Source: Barthelona sp. PAP020 (taxonomy: Eukaryota). Taken from it: a stretch of DNA of 64,000 bases. The notes beneath the pieces were generated by a model. The model saw nothing but the letters and a program-made list of their open reading frames with translations, was not told the DNA's origin and made no database searches. Shown piece after piece: positions 52,702-62,164 of this stretch. The stretch lies in contig JARQWU010000023.1 of assembly GCA_040182905.1 (NCBI GenBank), positions 1-64,000 of the forward strand, in the 5' to 3' direction. Every line of letters begins with the position of its first letter. Within the stretch, counting starts at the first letter, position 1. The position numbers were made by a program, and so were the translations under genes.

Positions 52702-55437
52702 ATGAATAAACCAACGAAAAATAATCGAGTTAATGCAATTGTATCTGATCTAATGGGATTTGTAACAAAAATTTCTCAATTTGAAAGACTAAACAGAACT
52801 AAATTGGATGAAAAAGAAATAGCGGAATATTTATCCAATGGTATACCAGCTGTTGGGGGAATGTCACGGACAAATGGTGTTTCTTTATTAAAAAATTCTG
52901 TACATTTGCAAAACAAAGCTTCCAATACCAAACAAACTTCACAACCCATTGCATCTTCTTTGCCGAAAACTAAAAAAGTATCAAATAACCAATATACTCC
53001 AATCATTATTCCTGTTGATATTTTTTCTGAGCTTTTACCTAAAACTTCAGATCATGTATATCAAAAGAAGGACGCAATATCTTTATACGTTGAAACAATT
53101 GTGGAAGAAGCTTTACAAAGGAAGTTAGTCAAAATCAAATTTAACATCAATGACATTCCCTTCATTATTAATTCTTCCTTTATTTTTACGACTATTTTTC
53201 CATATATTAATGAAAAAAACATAACTAAACCCAAAAAATTCCAAAAAATATTGGATACTGTTGAAGTTCAACGTATGCTTGAGGCATTGGTGTGGTTTGT
53301 ACATATGAGAGAATTTGAGATCAACAATATGACTGAAGAAAATCAATTTGTAAATTTGGAATCAAATCCAGCAATAATTCAGGATATTTATGAAAGAGAG
53401 GGATGGCTATTAACCATCTTAACTCATGGATATACTTCGGTGTTTGTTTCTTTGGATAGTGGACAGTTTCAACATCACAGTGATTCTGATCGGTCAGAAT
53501 TTTTAACTTTTTTCCCTATTGTCATGGCATATGCTGTATTGTCTGTATTTTATCACTGTTTTCCTGCTTGTAATGAAGTGTATACGGCTCAATTTCTTAT
53601 TGACGTTTATCAATTAGTTTCTTTATTGTTTAACGGTATTCCTTATAGTGTTAGTTTAATTAATGAGTATAGACAGAAGTTTTTCATTGTGAATGAATTG
53701 AAGTGTTTTAGTGAGAATTCACCAGTGAAAATCCATTCAAAAATTCCATTATCTGCTGGATTTAACAAGAAAGAAAACATTTTAAAGAATCATATCAATT
53801 TAGATAGTCCTATTGTATTGTCAAAGAACGTTTCTTCACCCAATCCTAATTCTCCCAACAAACGATGTTTCAGTCGGTCTTTGACTCCTGATTTAACCAA
53901 TAAGAACAGACATGTAAAATGGCAAGATACTGATTCAAATCGTCCTAAATCTCAATTAGCTATGAATACTCCTTTAAATAGCTCATCATCTTCAAAAAAT
54001 CAGCATTATCATCTTCAAACACCAAAACCTGAAGTAAAATCAAAAAAACAAAAAGATTCTGATTCATATAAGTTTCCACAACTTCCTTCATCTCCATCAT
54101 CATCAGCAGTTGGTACGAAAATTGCAAAAAAGTATCAAAATTCAACATTGAATACCCCCATCGATAAACAAACACCTATAACAAATAAAGTTGATGAAAA
54201 AATCAAAACTAAGACAAATATTAGATCCAATCGAAGAAATGGAAGTATAAAGAAACAAGCTACAATTTTCCCCACACCCGTTGGAGAAACCTCAAGTAAT
54301 AATCAAATACCAGGCCAACAATTAAATGTCGATGTTCAAGTAAAACTTTCCAGAGATAGCAGAAAGAGATTACTTGTACGCCCAAAGAAATTCAATTCGC
54401 TTGCAAAATCACCGTTACTTGATCCGTCATTGTATTCAGTTGTTTCATTAAAACCTGCTAAAGATATTGATACTATTCATTTGAGACATATTGGTGATTT
54501 AGAACGAAGAACTGAATTGGATTTAAATTTGGATGAAGAGAAATTGGAAGTTGGAATTTTGACTAAAAACCAAAGATATCAGCAAATAATGAAAGATTTG
54601 CATATTTCTGAAGATTATGAAGAGTTTTTTAATAAAACAGTTCAAACTTTCACTCCTGGAAAAAAAGCTGTTTACATACTTCATCCATCTGTTAACACAA
54701 CAAAATCTTCCCCTTATGTTAATGGAAGACTATTTCCACTCGGTATTGAATTGAATGGTCCAGAAATGGATAAGATTAATCAAGAAATAGGAAAAGTTGA
54801 GAAAAATACCATCGACCAATTAATTGAAAATGAAATAAGCTATTTTGAAAACAAATTAAGACTAAAGGCTCAAACACCTTTAGAAAGAGCAGTTTTTGTG
54901 AGAAAAATGTTGGAAAGGAGCAAATTATACAATAGAAACAAAGGATTATCAGTTTCTTTGACAGATTTAAAATTGCAAAAGAAAAAAGAAACTTTGGAAG
55001 CTCAAGTGGATAAGATTTTGAGAGATGAAAAACTTTTGCAAAATTATGCTATGGATTTGGATAAAAAGAAACGAGAATTTGAAGAAAATGAAGAAGTCAG
55101 GGAAGAAGAAGATGTGTTTTCACTTATAGACCACAGCAAAGCGGATGAACAAAGAAGACCTTCTTTATTACCAACATTACCAATTTCAATCAACACAAGA
55201 AGATCAAGTGTGATTCAACTCACTGAACGAACGGTTCATCCTGATACAATTGATGAAGATATTGCTGTTGCAACTACATTCATGAATGATGATGTGGCTC
55301 CTATGGCAGTAGGTAGAAGAATGTCTACTGGATTAGCTATGGACGTTGGTTTGCCTTGGGAAGACATAATTGATCCAATTGTTGCTCTGAGTGAAGAAAG
55401 TGATTATGAATGGGATCCTGCCGATATTGTAAATTAA
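52702..55437 (+). CDS. FAM227-like (FWWh domain) protein with long disordered tail
   Basis: EALVWFVHMREF..HGYTSVF..FLTFFPIVMAYAVLSVFYHCFP..F..LLFNGI pattern. Confidence 0.55.
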   Translation: MNKPTKNNRVNAIVSDLMGFVTKISQFERLNRTKLDEKEIAEYLSNGIPAVGGMSRTNGVSLLKNSVHLQNKASNTKQTSQPIASSLPKTKKVSNNQYTPIIIPVDIFSELLPKTSDHVYQKKDAISLYVETIVEEALQRKLVKIKFNINDIPFIINSSFIFTTIFPYINEKNITKPKKFQKILDTVEVQRMLEALVWFVHMREFEINNMTEENQFVNLESNPAIIQDIYEREGWLLTILTHGYTSVFVSLDSGQFQHHSDSDRSEFLTFFPIVMAYAVLSVFYHCFPACNEVYTAQFLIDVYQLVSLLFNGIPYSVSLINEYRQKFFIVNELKCFSENSPVKIHSKIPLSAGFNKKENILKNHINLDSPIVLSKNVSSPNPNSPNKRCFSRSLTPDLTNKNRHVKWQDTDSNRPKSQLAMNTPLNSSSSSKNQHYHLQTPKPEVKSKKQKDSDSYKFPQLPSSPSSSAVGTKIAKKYQNSTLNTPIDKQTPITNKVDEKIKTKTNIRSNRRNGSIKKQATIFPTPVGETSSNNQIPGQQLNVDVQVKLSRDSRKRLLVRPKKFNSLAKSPLLDPSLYSVVSLKPAKDIDTIHLRHIGDLERRTELDLNLDEEKLEVGILTKNQRYQQIMKDLHISEDYEEFFNKTVQTFTPGKKAVYILHPSVNTTKSSPYVNGRLFPLGIELNGPEMDKINQEIGKVEKNTIDQLIENEISYFENKLRLKAQTPLERAVFVRKMLERSKLYNRNKGLSVSLTDLKLQKKKETLEAQVDKILRDEKLLQNYAMDLDKKKREFEENEEVREEEDVFSLIDHSKADEQRRPSLLPTLPISINTRRSSVIQLTERTVHPDTIDEDIAVATTFMNDDVAPMAVGRRMSTGLAMDVGLPWEDIIDPIVALSEESDYEWDPADIVN

Positions 55438-55550
55438 TTTTTTATTTTGTTATTTTGCAATAAATTTCTTTTCAATTTATCAAAAGAATTGAAACATGGT
55501 TGATTCTCGTAATTTTTTTTCCACTATTTTGATGATTACAGTTCAAAATT

Positions 55551-56330
55551 ATGCCCATACAATTATTACCTGACGTTTCTGATGCATTATCTCCTCGTAT
55601 TTTAGGTCTTGGAATTGGTTCTTTTTTATTAATTGTTTTATTTGTTTGTAGTTTATTATTTTTTATATTTACAACAGAATTACAAAATAGATTTTTTGTT
55701 CGAACAATTGGTATTTTGATAATTTTATTAATCGTAACTTTGCTGATAGTATTAACTAGTCCTTATGGAGAAGCCGCAAAATTGGCTAAAAGTAATGTTT
55801 TTTCTTTCTTTTTTACTTTTAGGACTGGTTATTTATTGATTTTTATTTTAGGTGCTTTGTTCAGTTTTATCGCTTTTATCATTTTGTATTGGGACAAAAC
55901 AAAGTATGCCATTACACCAGAAGAATTTTCTTTAAGGCCTTTGACTGATGCTGTTATTATAGATAGTGATATTGATGAGAAAAATGATGATGATGAAAAG
56001 AGCAACAAAAGCCAAAAAGATGACATGCTGGAACCATTCATTGAGCCTCAAACAAGTGAAGATGACAATAAAGAAGAAGACCAAGTCGTTGAAACTTCAA
56101 CAAGACCGAAAAAGAAAAGAACAACAACCCGAAAAGGAAGAAAAAAAAAACAGTTAGACAAAGCTCCATCACCACCTGAAAGGTTACTAAAAGAAGAACC
56201 TTCCAGAATGCTTAACGAAACCATTGTACCTGAAAATATGATAACCAACATTGAATCTGAAACTTTGGCTGTTTCAAAACTTGTATCTGTTGTTGACGAA
56301 TTTTCGTCTGATTTTGATTCTGATGCGTAA
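55551..56330 (+). CDS. TMEM218-like 3-TM protein
   Basis: ILGLGIGSFLLIVL N-terminal motif, three TM helices, charged tail. Confidence 0.55.
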   Translation: MPIQLLPDVSDALSPRILGLGIGSFLLIVLFVCSLLFFIFTTELQNRFFVRTIGILIILLIVTLLIVLTSPYGEAAKLAKSNVFSFFFTFRTGYLLIFILGALFSFIAFIILYWDKTKYAITPEEFSLRPLTDAVIIDSDIDEKNDDDEKSNKSQKDDMLEPFIEPQTSEDDNKEEDQVVETSTRPKKKRTTTRKGRKKKQLDKAPSPPERLLKEEPSRMLNETIVPENMITNIESETLAVSKLVSVVDEFSSDFDSDA

Positions 56331-56439
56331 ATGATGTATATTTTCTTTTTACATTTCAATTTATGGAAGTTTTTGAGTGTCCACATGAATTAGAATGAGA
56401 ACTGCGAGCTGTATGGAAAAAAGGAAAAAGAATATATAT

Positions 56440-59196
56440 TTACCTGACTTTTCTGATGATACCTTTCCTTGGGTCTTGGTCGTCTGTACCGTCTGGAATC
56501 CAAATGAAACCTCTCTGAATGAATGTGGGGGAATTGTAGAACTTTCTTAAATCTGTTGAGATGTCTTTACACTTTTCATAGAATTCACCCACATCTGTTT
56601 CAAGATCGAACTGATCAATTGAACGCAGCTCCAGAACGTTATCTGCATCCAAAATATTGAATTTTCTGTTCATCTGATGCTTTCTCAATTCGAGTAGCTT
56701 GTACATTAAGATTTCGGGGATATTACCGCTCAACACGATATAATTGCTGAAGTCACGTTGCAACTTCTGACTAATTCTGTATCTTTGTGTGCCTATGAAG
56801 CTCTCCAAAACCATTTTGATTGCCAAATCGACATCGTCAACAGATACCTGTTGTGCCAATCTCATCTTTGCAAATGCTTCCGAGATTCTTACGATAGCTT
56901 CTAAATCACGAATGTAAACGTGCTGGGCATTTCCCTCGTTCTTGATGGTCTGTCTCAGCTTTGTGTAAAATTTGATTATCTTGTCATGCAAATGATGGCC
57001 AAACGATGGTTTACTAAATTGTCTGGCGTAAATGATGTATTTTTTAAGCATTTCTGGTGGTATCAATTCTTGACCTGTTATTGGCGATTTGTTGATATCT
57101 TGCAGATTGTTCACCCAGTCCCATTGCAATGGAACACTGTCCGGACCCTTCAAAATGGCGTCTCCCATTGATAGGTCTTTGTAAAGTGGATGCTGTGTGA
57201 TGTGGTTGAGAAGCACAAATTCTGCCAACTGTCCGTCGTTGTCGGGGTTAATAATGTCCTGAAGAACACAACAAATATCAAAACGACTGAGAATGGGGTC
57301 AGACAAATCAACGTTTTGCGTCAAAGGCAGCGATGCATCATACCTGCCCTTGGATGGATTTGCAGCAGCAATAACAGCGCAACGGGCATGGAGTGATGCA
57401 ACAATACCTGCCTTGGCCACGGAAACTTTTTGTTGTTCAAGGGCTTCGTGGATGGATGAACGGTCTTTCTCGGTCATCTTGTCAATTTCGTCGATAAGAC
57501 AGACCCCATTGTCTGCTAAGACAAGAGCTCCTCCTTCGAGCGTCCACTCACGTGTAATGGGGTCTTTGTGCACAGTGGCTGTGAGACCAACGGCTGAGGC
57601 ACCCTTTCCAGTTGTGTATACAGATCTTTTTGCACATTTTTCGGCAAACTTCAAAAACTGAGACTTTGCAACACCGGGGTCACCAACCAAAAGCACATTG
57701 ATATCTCCTCTGATTCTGTAGCTCTTATCACCTGCTTCCTTAACCATACCTCCGAACAACGAGGCAGCTATGGCTCTTTTTACATCCAGGTGTCCATAGA
57801 TTGTTGGTGCAATGGATTCGACTATACGGGACTGGATTTGCTCGCTTTTGCTGAGCTTCAAAATTTCCTGGATGTCGTTCTGCGTCAAGTCGTTGTTAAT
57901 CGAGCGCTGGGGGTTTGAAATGTTGTTTGCCTCGATAACAGTGTCAAAAACAATAAAACTGTTGATCATCGACCGCAGATCGTCCTTCTTGTGAATATAC
58001 TTTCCGGTGATCTCCACAAGGTCACCGGGGCTCGCCTGTTCTGCAAGATCTCCGGTGAGAATAACTGTTTTTTGACGGGGCAACCGACCTGCTGGTATTG
58101 AACCAGGAGGCTCCTGAATCTTCAGGGTTTGGTAGTTTATAAATTCTGTCTCGTTTGTCTCCTGTACAAAAGCAGGATTGTCACAGCCAGTACATGTTTT
58201 CGGTCTGTCGATCTTTGGGCCACTGAAATCGTTGGCCTTGAAAACAGTGAATGTTCGGGTCAGGGTGCCGCAACTCGTGCATTTGTACCTCACTTTGTGC
58301 AGATACGGTGATACAGGGGACCTTCGGGTGACAATTGCCTCAACCTTGACTAATTTATTAATATGCTGCTGTCTCAGCTCTCTTAAAAGCGTAACTGGTC
58401 CATAATTGTCGAATCGGATATGCACATTCTGAATAATGGAGCTGTAGTTTGGGTGCAGCTTCTCAGCCATGTCGACCAAAACATCATCCAAAATTGGTAA
58501 AACTTGAGAAGGGTATTTGGCAACCCAATCAGCAATGACAGACCATTGAGTAATAGCTATATTGTTGTCTACATCTCTTCGATAAATGCACAGATCATTG
58601 TAGTCCACAGAAAGTGACATCTCATTGTTTTCACACATGGAATGAACTCGTTCAATGTACTTAAAACTACCACTACTCGTTTTGTCGGGACAATTAAACA
58701 AAAAGTCCATAAACTGATAATATATGGATCTCTCCAAGTTATTGCGTTCCTGGGAATTATTGAAATATCTAACAGGCTCATTGATCTCGGTTAAGTCAAC
58801 CTGAATTTCATTTGGATCTGCTTCCCGCATCATCTCATCATCTAAAATATTATATCTCATTCTCGTATCACGTTCAATAAAATCCTCCAAATCATCAAAC
58901 TCAGTTTCACCCAATTCCTGTCTTCGACGGGAAATCTCATCCCTAACCAATCTTGGCAACAATCGTTCCATTCGCGATGTAAATATTCTTTGATTTGTGT
59001 GTCTTTCATCAATTTCTCTCTCCGCTGCAAGTCTCTGCGCAGGAGTAATATCTGCATATTCATTAAAATCTAAGTTGGAAGTATCATATTCGTCCAGTTC
59101 AGGTCTAGATTCATAATCTCCAGCAATGGTATCAAATAAGTCTTCCTCAGAATCTGAGCCTGAATCAGAATTGTACGATTCAAATGGTTGACTCAT
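56440..59196 (-). CDS. MCM2: DNA replication licensing factor MCM2
   Basis: LDEYD histone-binding N-terminus, C4 zinc finger, GDPGVAKSQ, REWTLEGGALVLAD, IDEIDKM, LSRFD. Confidence 0.95.
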   Translation of the reverse strand: MSQPFESYNSDSGSDSEEDLFDTIAGDYESRPELDEYDTSNLDFNEYADITPAQRLAAEREIDERHTNQRIFTSRMERLLPRLVRDEISRRRQELGETEFDDLEDFIERDTRMRYNILDDEMMREADPNEIQVDLTEINEPVRYFNNSQERNNLERSIYYQFMDFLFNCPDKTSSGSFKYIERVHSMCENNEMSLSVDYNDLCIYRRDVDNNIAITQWSVIADWVAKYPSQVLPILDDVLVDMAEKLHPNYSSIIQNVHIRFDNYGPVTLLRELRQQHINKLVKVEAIVTRRSPVSPYLHKVRYKCTSCGTLTRTFTVFKANDFSGPKIDRPKTCTGCDNPAFVQETNETEFINYQTLKIQEPPGSIPAGRLPRQKTVILTGDLAEQASPGDLVEITGKYIHKKDDLRSMINSFIVFDTVIEANNISNPQRSINNDLTQNDIQEILKLSKSEQIQSRIVESIAPTIYGHLDVKRAIAASLFGGMVKEAGDKSYRIRGDINVLLVGDPGVAKSQFLKFAEKCAKRSVYTTGKGASAVGLTATVHKDPITREWTLEGGALVLADNGVCLIDEIDKMTEKDRSSIHEALEQQKVSVAKAGIVASLHARCAVIAAANPSKGRYDASLPLTQNVDLSDPILSRFDICCVLQDIINPDNDGQLAEFVLLNHITQHPLYKDLSMGDAILKGPDSVPLQWDWVNNLQDINKSPITGQELIPPEMLKKYIIYARQFSKPSFGHHLHDKIIKFYTKLRQTIKNEGNAQHVYIRDLEAIVRISEAFAKMRLAQQVSVDDVDLAIKMVLESFIGTQRYRISQKLQRDFSNYIVLSGNIPEILMYKLLELRKHQMNRKFNILDADNVLELRSIDQFDLETDVGEFYEKCKDISTDLRKFYNSPTFIQRGFIWIPDGTDDQDPRKGIIRKVR

Positions 59197-59431
59197 TTAA
59201 AGAATAATAAAATCTATGGTGGAATTTTTTTTCTCAATTATACTCTTGTTTAATGGTAATTGATGTTTTAATTCAACAAATAAATTAACTTTTTTATTTC
59301 TGCAAGATATATTTTTGAAAAAAAACAAAGAAAAAAAGTATGATATTTTATAAATGCACATAAAAGTTTAATATTAACAAAATAATAATAGACAATTATG
59401 AAATGAAGTTCAAAAAAGAAAAAAAAAAGAA

Positions 59432-61987
59432 TCACCTAAATGTGAATTTTCCTCTTGCCATATTATTTGGAGGATCAAAACTTGGCAAAATGTCCAAAAG
59501 ATCTTCTTCTTCTTCTTCTTCCTCGTCATCTTCTTCTTCATTTAAACTATTCCAAGAGAATATCTTAACAATAAAATAAAAAAATCCAACAAAAATAAGC
59601 ACAACAACTGAAATACTTTCAAATGTAATATTGAAATAAATATCATTCATTTGAACATTGCAATCAGAAAATTCATCAGACATGGTGCAAACGTTTGTGG
59701 ACATGTTTTTTAAAAATTTTCCACAATTATGTTGAATGATAAATAAACCGTGTTGAAGGTAAAAGTTATCAATATTTCTGGTTCCACTAATTTGAAATTT
59801 CTTTAAAATTCCGTTTGTGAAAAAAATGCTGTTATTCATTAAATTTTGACCTTCAACGATAAAGGATCCTGTATTTATTTCAACAAGCAATTGTAAATTA
59901 TCAAAAGAATGTTTAATGGTCAATAATGTGTTACCTTCTGAGTACATATTGAATTCAAAATTTGAAACAAAGGATGTTTTGGGAATTAAGTATTTTTCAA
60001 AACTACGAACAATACGATAATTTTTAGACGATAAAACCAAAATCTGTGGTTCTTCACCTTCAAAGACTGTTCTAAAAGGAACAGTAAGGTTTTCCAATTT
60101 TTCATCAAAATTTTCAATGGAAATAAAATGTAATTCATTTAAATTGAAAGAAAAATCAACTAAATTTGATGATAACACATCAAAATTTCCATAATTTGAA
60201 GATAAATGAACAATGAAATTTTTAAAATGGTAATTTTTGAAAAAAAATTGTAAAGAGGGACTTTTTTTGTCAGAAGGGACAAATTCCCTTGATTCACTTA
60301 CTAAATTTAATTTTCCCATACATTTAAACCCTATGTCATTCCATTCCCATATTGAATTACACAATAATCCATAATACTCGGTAAATTCACTGTAATTTCC
60401 TGAAATTAAACGATTATTCTTTACAGTATACAAATTACCACTGCAATAAAACCTTCCAGATTTGGTTTGAATAATCCCATCACAAACAACATCAGAATGA
60501 ATAAGTTCATATTGTAAATCATCAACAATACGCATAGCACTAATAATTAAAATCTGATTACTGTCCAAATTGATATTGAGTTGTCCTAAAGCACCATAAA
60601 AAATTTTTATTTCTAAGACTCCATTCTCATTGATGCTAAAATGTTCATTGGTGTAATACTCATAATTTGAAGATACATCAGTAACTACAGCTTCTTGTTT
60701 AAGAATGATAGAAGCTTCTTGTGCATCACTTGTCTTTGTAACTTGAAAATTGCCAATAAAATTCTTAATTACATAAGTTTCTGCATTTAGGTAGTCGAAA
60801 TGGTTTACATTGTCTATCATAGAATCACCATTTATCAATATTTCTTCAATATTTCCAAAAATTCCCAATAACTTAAAATGTAAATCACAAATACGTATTC
60901 TTCCTTCAGAATCTTCAAAATCAATGCCATTAATATCAAAACCTTCAAAATATCCAGCATTTGTACCTCTTGCCAAAAAAGTTAAATAGAAAATTTCCAC
61001 ACCTCTAGGAATAACCAATTTAATCAAACTGCTTGAATGTAAAACCAAACGATCAATAAAACCGAAATCAAAATTAGAAATTTCAAAAATGGTAGTTTCG
61101 TCCACATGCCATTTTTTAAAAGCAAATAAACAAAATTCATCCTTTTTTCCAATGATCTTATCATACTTCAAATTTAAATATCGGTCAATAGATTGAACAA
61201 GAAAACAATCATATGGTAAATTTTCAAATAACATACCTGGTTCAAAAGATTGTAAATAAAGTTCCCGATTTACAGTTTCAAACTTTAAAGTTGAAGAAAT
61301 CGAAGAATCAAAAATAAAATAACAAAACAATATCTTTTCAAATCCAGATGCTTCGTATAAAGGAATTAAATAATCAGTGTCAATGTATATAGTAGGTTGA
61401 AAACTTATCATGGAAAAGTTTAAATTAGTAAAATCATAACTGTTACTTCTCGTTATTCGATGATCACTTAGAGCTCCTATTATGTTACAATAATAATAAA
61501 AACTGTTGTTTAAAATGGATATATCATTTTTGATTATTATGTCAAGATAAGTTGGTAAAGTTTTATCAAATGTGATTAGATTCATTGAAATAGGAACATC
61601 TACAGAAAAAATATTTCCAGAAAACTCTTGTAAAACAAAATCTCCCTGATGAAGAATGATATTTATTTTTGTTAAATATTCAAATTCAAAAATTTGAAAA
61701 TTGGTGATGCTAAATGTATATCCATTAGTATCATTCGAATAATATTTTGACAATAAATCATATCTGATAATCACTTGTGTTTTATTGATGCAATGCAAAC
61801 TATCAAAAGTAAAATTAAATAAATACGATTTCTTCAAAGTAACTATTGGATACAAACAATCCACTTCAATTATATCCAAATCAATAACATCTATTTTTGA
61901 ATTCTTAGCTTGAATTGATTTGGAGTCAATAACAATCAAAATCAATAAATTCAAAATAAATAACAATATATTGGCCTTTTCATTCAT
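59432..61987 (-). CDS. Hypothetical type I membrane/surface protein
   Basis: N-terminal signal-like peptide, beta-rich ectodomain, single C-terminal TM, acidic tail. Confidence 0.7.
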   Translation of the reverse strand: MNEKANILLFILNLLILIVIDSKSIQAKNSKIDVIDLDIIEVDCLYPIVTLKKSYLFNFTFDSLHCINKTQVIIRYDLLSKYYSNDTNGYTFSITNFQIFEFEYLTKINIILHQGDFVLQEFSGNIFSVDVPISMNLITFDKTLPTYLDIIIKNDISILNNSFYYYCNIIGALSDHRITRSNSYDFTNLNFSMISFQPTIYIDTDYLIPLYEASGFEKILFCYFIFDSSISSTLKFETVNRELYLQSFEPGMLFENLPYDCFLVQSIDRYLNLKYDKIIGKKDEFCLFAFKKWHVDETTIFEISNFDFGFIDRLVLHSSSLIKLVIPRGVEIFYLTFLARGTNAGYFEGFDINGIDFEDSEGRIRICDLHFKLLGIFGNIEEILINGDSMIDNVNHFDYLNAETYVIKNFIGNFQVTKTSDAQEASIILKQEAVVTDVSSNYEYYTNEHFSINENGVLEIKIFYGALGQLNINLDSNQILIISAMRIVDDLQYELIHSDVVCDGIIQTKSGRFYCSGNLYTVKNNRLISGNYSEFTEYYGLLCNSIWEWNDIGFKCMGKLNLVSESREFVPSDKKSPSLQFFFKNYHFKNFIVHLSSNYGNFDVLSSNLVDFSFNLNELHFISIENFDEKLENLTVPFRTVFEGEEPQILVLSSKNYRIVRSFEKYLIPKTSFVSNFEFNMYSEGNTLLTIKHSFDNLQLLVEINTGSFIVEGQNLMNNSIFFTNGILKKFQISGTRNIDNFYLQHGLFIIQHNCGKFLKNMSTNVCTMSDEFSDCNVQMNDIYFNITFESISVVVLIFVGFFYFIVKIFSWNSLNEEEDDEEEEEEEDLLDILPSFDPPNNMARGKFTFR

Positions 61988-62164
61988 TCATCTGAGTTGA
62001 ACATCTGAACAATATCGAAAAAAGTAATCGAAAATATCTGTAACATTTGTTTTCTCACCAATTATTCCAAAATCAATTAAAAGTTTATTGGTTAAAATCA
62101 TTCAAAAACTCAACAAAAAAAGTTATGAAACCGCAATATTTATCTAAAAAGAAAAAACTAAAAA

